Of a DNA stretch of 64,000 nucleotides, positions 57,690-64,000 are shown piece after piece (the first letter of the stretch is position 1; each line of letters opens with the position of its first letter). A program made the translations under genes and the position numbers. This DNA comes from Clostridia bacterium (GTDB taxonomy: Bacteria > Bacillota > Clostridia > Christensenellales > CAG-138): the NCBI GenBank assembly GCA_017614315.1, contig JAGACA010000013.1, positions 5,597 through 69,596 of the forward strand. Reading direction: 5' to 3'. The notes beneath the pieces are model-generated. The model was not told where the DNA came from. It ran no database searches and saw only the letters and a program-made list of their open reading frames with translations.

Positions 57690-59045
57690 TCACAGACCGT
57701 CCTTTTTTGCAAAGGCTTTGCGGCGATTTCTCAGCATAAGGAGCGCCGCCGTGAGCGCTATGCCGTCGACTATCGGCTGTACCCACATCAAGCCGTAAAG
57801 CGGCTCTATCGCGTCCGTCAGGAACAGGAGCGGGACGTCGATCACGCCCTTTCGGAGGATCGAGCAGACGAGCGACGCGGTCACCCTGCCCTCGGCCTGA
57901 AATCGTATTATTATCGGATAGCAGACGCTCATAAGCGGCATCGCCACGACCATGCGGCGGAGGAACGCCGCGGCGTAGCCCACGGTCTCTTTATCCTTGA
58001 TGAAAAACCTCGCGAGCTCAGGCGCGAACGCCTCGTACGCCGCGAGGCATAAGAGCGCGAAGCCCAGCGCGATACCCGTGCCGAGGCGGAAGCATTTTTT
58101 GAGTCTATCTTCGTTTCCCGCGGCGTGGTTGTACGCGAGGAGCGGCAGAAGTCCCGTCGCGACGCCTATCGCGAAATTGATCGGGAGCTGATCGAGCTTT
58201 TTGGTGATGCCGAGCCCGGCGACGGCCGCCGTCGGGTATTTTGAGACGAATCTCGCCTGCGCGGCTATCGCGACGACGGTCAGAAGGAACTGCGCCGCGG
58301 AGGGCAGGCCGGTCTTGAGCACCTCGCCGAGGCGTCCGAGTCCCGGGCGGAGCCTCTTTATCGACAGGCTGAGCACGCTCCCCTTCCTTAAGATGAGGAC
58401 AAGGAACAAAACCGCCGCGGCGGCGTTCGATACCGCGGTCGCGAGCCCCGCGCCTGCGACGCCCATGCCGAGGAACCGGGGGAGTATGAAAAAGGGGTCG
58501 AGTATAATATTCAGTATCCCGCCCGCGGAGAGGCCGAAAGATGCCGCGAACGACGCGCCCTCCGCGCGGACGAGGTTGGACATGAGCATTGAAAGCGCGG
58601 TGAAAACGCCGCCGAGCGAGATCGCGGTCAGCGCGTATCCCCTGCAGAACGGGAGCGTTTCCGCCGTCGCGCCGCAGAGCGTGAGCACGGGATCGAGGAA
58701 TACCGTGTATACGCCGGCGAATACGAGCGAAACGATGAGCCCGAACCAGAACGATACGGCGCTTATGTTTCCCGCCTCGTCGGGCTCCTTCCTGCCGAGC
58801 GCGCGGGCGAGAGCCGCCGCGCCGCCTACGCCGAAAAGGTTCGAGATCGCCGTCAGCATTATGAACGACGGATAGACCACCGTTGCCGCGGCGGTCTGTC
58901 TGGGATCGTTCAGGAGCCCCACGAACCATGTGTCCGCGAGGTTATAAAGGAGCGCCGTCATCTGCGCCGCTGTCGCGGGGGCGATCTGCTTGAGCACCGC
59001 CTTTACCACCGGTTCGTTCTCGAAGGTTTTTGTTCTGTCGGTCAT
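57690..59045 (-). CDS. MATE family efflux transporter
   Basis: YNLADT.FVG, NIILDP.FI and GVAGAGLAT; about 12 TM segments. Confidence 0.92.
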   Translation of the reverse strand: MTDRTKTFENEPVVKAVLKQIAPATAAQMTALLYNLADTWFVGLLNDPRQTAAATVVYPSFIMLTAISNLFGVGGAAALARALGRKEPDEAGNISAVSFWFGLIVSLVFAGVYTVFLDPVLTLCGATAETLPFCRGYALTAISLGGVFTALSMLMSNLVRAEGASFAASFGLSAGGILNIILDPFFILPRFLGMGVAGAGLATAVSNAAAAVLFLVLILRKGSVLSLSIKRLRPGLGRLGEVLKTGLPSAAQFLLTVVAIAAQARFVSKYPTAAVAGLGITKKLDQLPINFAIGVATGLLPLLAYNHAAGNEDRLKKCFRLGTGIALGFALLCLAAYEAFAPELARFFIKDKETVGYAAAFLRRMVVAMPLMSVCYPIIIRFQAEGRVTASLVCSILRKGVIDVPLLFLTDAIEPLYGLMWVQPIVDGIALTAALLMLRNRRKAFAKKDGL

Positions 59046-59147
59046 GATTCGATGATATCACAGTCGGACGGCATTTACAACTCCCCGTCCCGGGGGCAGG
59101 CCTCGTGACCCGCCCCCCGGTCGTCCGCTTTTTATGCGGGCGAATTA

Positions 59148-59354
59148 TCAGCAGCCGCAGCCGCAGCCGCCGTTATTGTTGTTCTCGCAGCCGCAGTTGC
59201 CCATGCCGCCGAGAAGCGCGATGAGTATGATGAGCCACCAGTTGTTGTTGCATCCGCAGTTGTTCTCGCAGCCGCAGCCGTTCGAGAGGAGCAGAAGGAC
59301 GATTATGATCCACCAGCCGTTCTCGCTGAAATTGCCGCACATACCGTTACACAT
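59148..59354 (-). CDS. small Cys/Gly/Asn-rich protein with two WW-II-LL hydrophobic repeats (spore coat-like)
   Basis: RBS AGGAGG; MCNGMCGNFSENGWWIIIVLLLLSNGCGCENNCGCNNNWWLIILIALLGGMGNCGC...GCGCGC. Confidence 0.75.
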   Translation of the reverse strand: MCNGMCGNFSENGWWIIIVLLLLSNGCGCENNCGCNNNWWLIILIALLGGMGNCGCENNNNGGCGCGC

Positions 59355-59570
59355 AAAGCTTTTCCTCCTTAAAAGGGAATATTCGGATACGGTTTTTCGC
59401 CGTTCACGATATAATACGCGCGATGCGTGTTTCCGGTGAATAACGCTCCTTTCTTCTTTATCCGCGCGAGTAAAAAATATGGCCGTTTCCGTCGGTTTCA
59501 TATGGACAAACCGCGTTTTTTGGGGTATAATCAAAAGGTGTTACCAATTCTTTTCCGGAGGGACAAGAGC

Positions 59571-61136
59571 TTGGAAGAAAATGTGAAAACAACCGCCGCC
59601 GGGCGCGTGCCCGCTGTCCGCATGGAGGGCATAACCAAGAGCTTCGGTTCCAAGAAGGCGAACGTCAACGTGGATCTTAACATCTATCACGGCGAGATCC
59701 TCTCCCTTCTCGGCGAAAACGGGAGCGGCAAGACCACGCTCATGAACATGCTTTCGGGCATTTATTTCCCCGACAGCGGTTCCATTTTCGTGGACGGCAG
59801 ACCCGTTTCGATCAAGTCGCCCAAGGACGCTTTCGATCTTCATATAGGTATGATCCACCAGCATTTCAAGCTGGTCAACGTGCTCACCGCCGCCGAGAAC
59901 GTCATCCTCGGCCTTAAGGAGGGCTTCGTTCTCAATCTCAAAAAAGTCCGCACGGAGGTCAAAAAGATCTGCGACAGATACGGCTTCGACGTCGATCCCG
60001 ACAAGAAGGTCTACGATATGTCCGTATCCGAAAAGCAGACGCTCGAGATCATAAAGGTGCTTTACCGCGGCGCGGACATACTGATACTCGACGAGCCGAC
60101 GGCCGTTCTGACCCCGCAGGAGACCACGAGGCTTTTCGAGGTCATGCGGAACATGAAAAAGGACGGCAAGAGCATAGTCATAATCACCCACAAGCTGCAC
60201 GAGGTCATGGAGATATCCGACCGAGTCGCCGTCCTAAGAAAGGGCGAATATGTCGGCGATATAATGACGGCCGATACCGACCCGCAGGAGCTCACCGACA
60301 TGATGATGGGCAGGGCGGTAACGCTGAATATCGAGCGCTCCGAGCCGAAGAACATCAGAAAATGCCTTGAGGTAAGGCATCTTTCCGTCATCGACGCCGA
60401 CGGCGTGAAGAAGCTCGACGACGTCAGCTTCGACGCGAACGGCGGGGAGCTTCTGGGCATCGCCGGCATTTCCGGCAGCGGCCAGAAGGAGCTCCTCGAG
60501 GTCATAGCGGGACTGCAGCCCGCGGTCGGCGGAAGCTCCGTCGTCTATACCGATATGGACGGCAAAACGTCCACCCTCCTCGGCCGCACGCCGATGGAGA
60601 TAAAAAAGCTGGGCGTGCACCTCGCGTTCGTTCCCGAGGACAGGCTCGGCATGGGTCTCGTCGGGAATATGGACATTGCCGACAATATGCTGCTCCGCAC
60701 ATATCAGGACGGCGGCGGCGTGTTCGTAGATATGAAGAAGTCGAGGAAGCTCGCAGAGGAGATCGTTCAGGAATTCGACGTCGTCACCCCGGGCATCACG
60801 ACCGAGGTCAGGAAGCTTTCGGGCGGCAACGTTCAGAAGATACTCGTCGGCCGCGAGATAGCAGGCAACCCGTCGCTCCTCATGAGCGCGTACGCCGTGC
60901 GCGGCCTTGACATAAACACCTCCTACACCATCTACCGTCTTATGAACGAGCAGAAGCAGCGCGGCGCGGCGGTCATATACGTCGGCGAGGATCTTGACGT
61001 GCTCCTCGAGCTCTGCGACAGGATACTGGTGCTCTGCGCCGGCCGCGTGAGCGGCATAGTCGACGGGCGCACCGTGACGAAGGAAGATGTGGGACTTATG
61101 ATGACTCGTTTGCCCGAGGCGGAGGAAGCAAAATGA
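59571..61136 (+). CDS. nucleoside/simple-sugar (CUT2) ABC transporter ATP-binding protein
   Basis: GENGSGKTT, IGMIHQHF, DEPTAVL, ITHKL, PEDR and LSGGNVQK; TTG start after GGAGG. Confidence 0.92.
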   Translation: MEENVKTTAAGRVPAVRMEGITKSFGSKKANVNVDLNIYHGEILSLLGENGSGKTTLMNMLSGIYFPDSGSIFVDGRPVSIKSPKDAFDLHIGMIHQHFKLVNVLTAAENVILGLKEGFVLNLKKVRTEVKKICDRYGFDVDPDKKVYDMSVSEKQTLEIIKVLYRGADILILDEPTAVLTPQETTRLFEVMRNMKKDGKSIVIITHKLHEVMEISDRVAVLRKGEYVGDIMTADTDPQELTDMMMGRAVTLNIERSEPKNIRKCLEVRHLSVIDADGVKKLDDVSFDANGGELLGIAGISGSGQKELLEVIAGLQPAVGGSSVVYTDMDGKTSTLLGRTPMEIKKLGVHLAFVPEDRLGMGLVGNMDIADNMLLRTYQDGGGVFVDMKKSRKLAEEIVQEFDVVTPGITTEVRKLSGGNVQKILVGREIAGNPSLLMSAYAVRGLDINTSYTIYRLMNEQKQRGAAVIYVGEDLDVLLELCDRILVLCAGRVSGIVDGRTVTKEDVGLMMTRLPEAEEAK

Positions 61137-62299
61137 TCCACATATCAAAGCGTGCCGATTTCACGTTGTTCAAGGGCAGGGCCGAATGGCTGAACCGCTA
61201 TGTCGGCTGGGGCATAAGGCTCTTCGCCGTGTTCCTCTCGCTCGTCGTCAGCGGACTTCTCATATTCTTCGTTACGAAGCTCAATCCTGTCAAGGTCTAC
61301 GGCGCCATGATCGACGGCGTTTTCGGCACCCCGCGGCTCACCTGGGCGTGGGTGCGCGACTTTACGCTGCTCCTCCTCATCGCGGTCGGCCTCGCCCCCG
61401 CGTTCAAGATGCGCTTCTGGAACATCGGCGCAGAGGGACAGGTGCTGGTCGGCGGCATTGTCGCCGCGGCGTTCATGATACACCTGGGCAGCGCGGGCAT
61501 ACCCGCCGCGATACTGATAATAATGATGGCGTTCGCATCCATGGCGGCGGGCGCGGCGTGGGGCGTGATCCCCGCACTGTTCAAGGCGAAATGGAACACC
61601 AACGAGACGCTGTTTACGCTGATGATGAACTACATCGCGATACAGCTGACCTCCTTCCTCGTTCCCAAATGGGAGCATCCGAAGGGCTCGAACTCCGTCG
61701 GCATAATCAACCCCGACTCCAACGTCGGCTGGTTCCCCAAGCTGTTTGAGAAGCCGATCTCCGGCATGACGCAGGGCGCGCCCATGACGCGGTTCCTGAC
61801 CGCGGGCGAGTCGGTCTACCTTAACGTGCTGATCGTCGCCGCGGTGGTCCTGTTCATGTTCTTCTATCTTAAAAAGAGCAAGCACGGCTATGAGATCGCC
61901 GTCGTCGGGCAGAGCGAGAACACCGCGAGATACGCCGCGATGAACGTAAAGAAGATAATCATCCGCTCAATGACGCTTTCCGGCGCGCTGTGCGGACTTG
62001 CGGGCTTCATGGCGGTCTCAGGCATCGACCACACGATATCGACCGGCACGGCGGGCGGCCGCGGCTTCACCGCGATAATCGTCGCGTGGCTCGCGAAGTT
62101 CAACCCGTTCATAATGATCCTGATATCGGGGCTCCTGGTGTTCCTCGAAAAGGGCTCCATTTCGATCGCCTCCGAGTTCGGCCTTTCGAAGGACGTTTCG
62201 CAGATAATCACCGGCATAATACTGTTCTTTATACTCGGCAGCGAATTCTTCATAAATTACGAGATCAAATTCGCCCGCAGGGCGAGGAAGGAGGCGTGA
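61133..62299 (+). CDS. nucleoside ABC transporter permease
   Basis: WNIGAEGQ, NETL.TLMMNY and GFTAIIVA.LA. Confidence 0.9.
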   Translation: MIHISKRADFTLFKGRAEWLNRYVGWGIRLFAVFLSLVVSGLLIFFVTKLNPVKVYGAMIDGVFGTPRLTWAWVRDFTLLLLIAVGLAPAFKMRFWNIGAEGQVLVGGIVAAAFMIHLGSAGIPAAILIIMMAFASMAAGAAWGVIPALFKAKWNTNETLFTLMMNYIAIQLTSFLVPKWEHPKGSNSVGIINPDSNVGWFPKLFEKPISGMTQGAPMTRFLTAGESVYLNVLIVAAVVLFMFFYLKKSKHGYEIAVVGQSENTARYAAMNVKKIIIRSMTLSGALCGLAGFMAVSGIDHTISTGTAGGRGFTAIIVAWLAKFNPFIMILISGLLVFLEKGSISIASEFGLSKDVSQIITGIILFFILGSEFFINYEIKFARRARKEA

Positions 62300-62302
62300 A
62301 CC

Positions 62303-63355
62303 GTGGGCACTTTCTTCGAAAAGATGATCACACTCTTGACCAGCGCGGTCGCCTTCGGCACCGTGGTCATGTACGGGAGCCTCGGCGAGATACTTACGGA
62401 AAAATCCGGGCATCTCAACCTCGGCGTTCCCGGCATTATGTACATGGGCGGAATCGGCGGCCTTCTCGGCTCGTTCTTCTATGAGATGTACGCGCCCTCG
62501 CCCGATCCCGCGGTGTGCTTGCTGATCGCGATCATGGCGGCGCTCGCCTGCTCCGTGCTGGGCGGCCTCATATACAGCTTCCTTACGGTTACGCTCCGCG
62601 CGAACCAGAACGTCACCGGCCTTACGCTCACGATATTCGGCTCTGGGCTTGCGAACTTCTTCGGCGGCAGCCTGAACAAGCTTGCGGGCGGCGTCGGTCA
62701 GATATCCGTCGCCGTCACCTCCGGCGCCGTGCGTTCGACGCAGCCGCTTACCGACAAGCTCGTGCTCGCGCTCTCGTCGAGCGGCTCCGGCTTCGTCCGT
62801 GCGCTCGGCTCCGTCATGGACGTGCTCGACAGGCTGGTGTTCAGTTACGGCTTCATGGTCTATCTCGCGCTCGTCATCGCAGTGCTGATGAGCCTTTTCA
62901 TGAACAGGACGAGCAAGGGTCTTAACCTCCGCGCCGTGGGCGAGGATCCCGCGACGGCGGATGCGGCGGGCATCAACGTAACGCGGTACAAATACCTTTC
63001 CACCTGTATTGGCGCGGCGATATCCGGCCTCGGCGGGCTCTACTACGTAATGGACTACACCAAGGGCACCTGGGCCAACGACGGCTCGATCGAGGCGCTC
63101 GGCTGGCTCGCCGTCGCGCTCGTCATATTCGCGACGTGGAAGCCCTTACGATCCATATGGGGCGCGTACCTGTTCGGCGCGCTGTACTGGCTGTACAACT
63201 ACATCCCGGGCTTGAGCCGCAGCTCGCAGGAGATCTTCAAAATGCTCCCCTACGTCGTCACGATAGTCGTGCTCATAACCGTATCCCTCCGCCACAAAAG
63301 GGAGGATCAGCCCCCGACTTCGCTCGGCATATCGTACTTCCGCGAGGACAGGTAG
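62303..63355 (+). CDS. nucleoside ABC transporter permease
   Basis: EKSG.LNLG, RANQ.VTG, LRAVGE.P..AD..GI and LPYV.T. Confidence 0.9.
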   Translation: MGTFFEKMITLLTSAVAFGTVVMYGSLGEILTEKSGHLNLGVPGIMYMGGIGGLLGSFFYEMYAPSPDPAVCLLIAIMAALACSVLGGLIYSFLTVTLRANQNVTGLTLTIFGSGLANFFGGSLNKLAGGVGQISVAVTSGAVRSTQPLTDKLVLALSSSGSGFVRALGSVMDVLDRLVFSYGFMVYLALVIAVLMSLFMNRTSKGLNLRAVGEDPATADAAGINVTRYKYLSTCIGAAISGLGGLYYVMDYTKGTWANDGSIEALGWLAVALVIFATWKPLRSIWGAYLFGALYWLYNYIPGLSRSSQEIFKMLPYVVTIVVLITVSLRHKREDQPPTSLGISYFREDR

Positions 63356-63700
63356 GCGGCAAAACGCTTTTAACGGAAAAGGGACCTTCTTCAAAAAGAA
63401 GCTCCCTTTTGTTTATGGATCCATGTGTCAGCTTTCCTTTGCGGGATCAGGAATCGGCAATGCGGGCTGTACCGCATAGGAAGAGAAGCCTCTCGCATCA
63501 GAAAGGCCGCGGCGATTTCCGCCGTGTTCAACGGTATCAACGCTTACAACGCGGTAAAGATCAGAAAAAGCTTTGATCGACAGGCGTCTGTCCTATTGAG
63601 GATCGCAAACGCGGTCCGCTTTTTTGTTTGTCTTTTTGCTTGAATTCTCCTTCATATAATGATATTATTGTATTTGAGCAAATATCGTTTTGAGGTGGAA

Positions 63701-64000
63701 ATGAACGTACTTATCGAGATCATCAAGAGCATCGTCCTCGGCCTCGTTCAGGGGTTCGGGGAGTTCCTTCCCATATCCTCGTCCGGCCATCTCGTGCTGA
63801 CCGAGAGGCTCTTCGGCATCGGCGAGGGAGGTCAGCTCATGACCGTGCTCCTGCACGTCGCGACGCTTGCGGCGGTTGTCATCGTGTATTGGGAGCAGGT
63901 ATGGGAGATAATCAAAAAGCCCATCCAGTGGAAAACGCTCTGGCTTTTGGTGGCGACCGCCGTCACCGCGGCTATGGCGATCGCCTTCAAGAAATTTTTC
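63701..64000 (+). CDS. uppP: undecaprenyl-diphosphate phosphatase, 5' part (not in the ORF track)
   Basis: RBS GAGGT; LGLVQGFGEFLPISSSGHL signature; runs off the window end. Confidence 0.92.
   Translation, partial: MNVLIEIIKSIVLGLVQGFGEFLPISSSGHLVLTERLFGIGEGGQLMTVLLHVATLAAVVIVYWEQVWEIIKKPIQWKTLWLLVATAVTAAMAIAFKKFF

Overview
This is a chromosomal segment of a GC-rich (about 60% by eye) anaerobic Clostridia-like Firmicute, made up mostly of housekeeping and metabolic genes. These include psuG, glgP-malQ and a separate glgBCDA operon, ftsH, a DtxR-controlled feoAAB operon, the glycine cleavage genes gcvT-H-PA-PB, bcd-etfBA, several peptidases and transporters, and tRNA-Leu(UAA). Five things stand out. 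(1) A five-gene envelope operon (9143-14612, minus strand) encodes a membrane-anchored RCC1-like/dockerin/class B sortase fusion, DUF951, an intact signal peptidase I, a signal-peptidase paralogue lacking the catalytic Lys, and a GT-C-fold glycosyltransferase. (2) An integrase-less AT-rich mini-island of about 1.2 kb sits at the tRNA-Leu 3' end; it keeps paired arm-like sites and carries a truncated AbiJ-like gene, followed by 187-bp-period tRNA-linked repeats. (3) An ECF sigma factor is fused to a long C-terminal domain that has its own internal RBS and start codon. (4) An ABC-F gene has a uORF/anti-RBS attenuator-like leader. (5) There is an orphan PTS EIIC-EAL fusion. All family assignments come from reading motifs by eye; no database searches were run. 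No CRISPR array, rRNA or intact transposase/integrase was seen.
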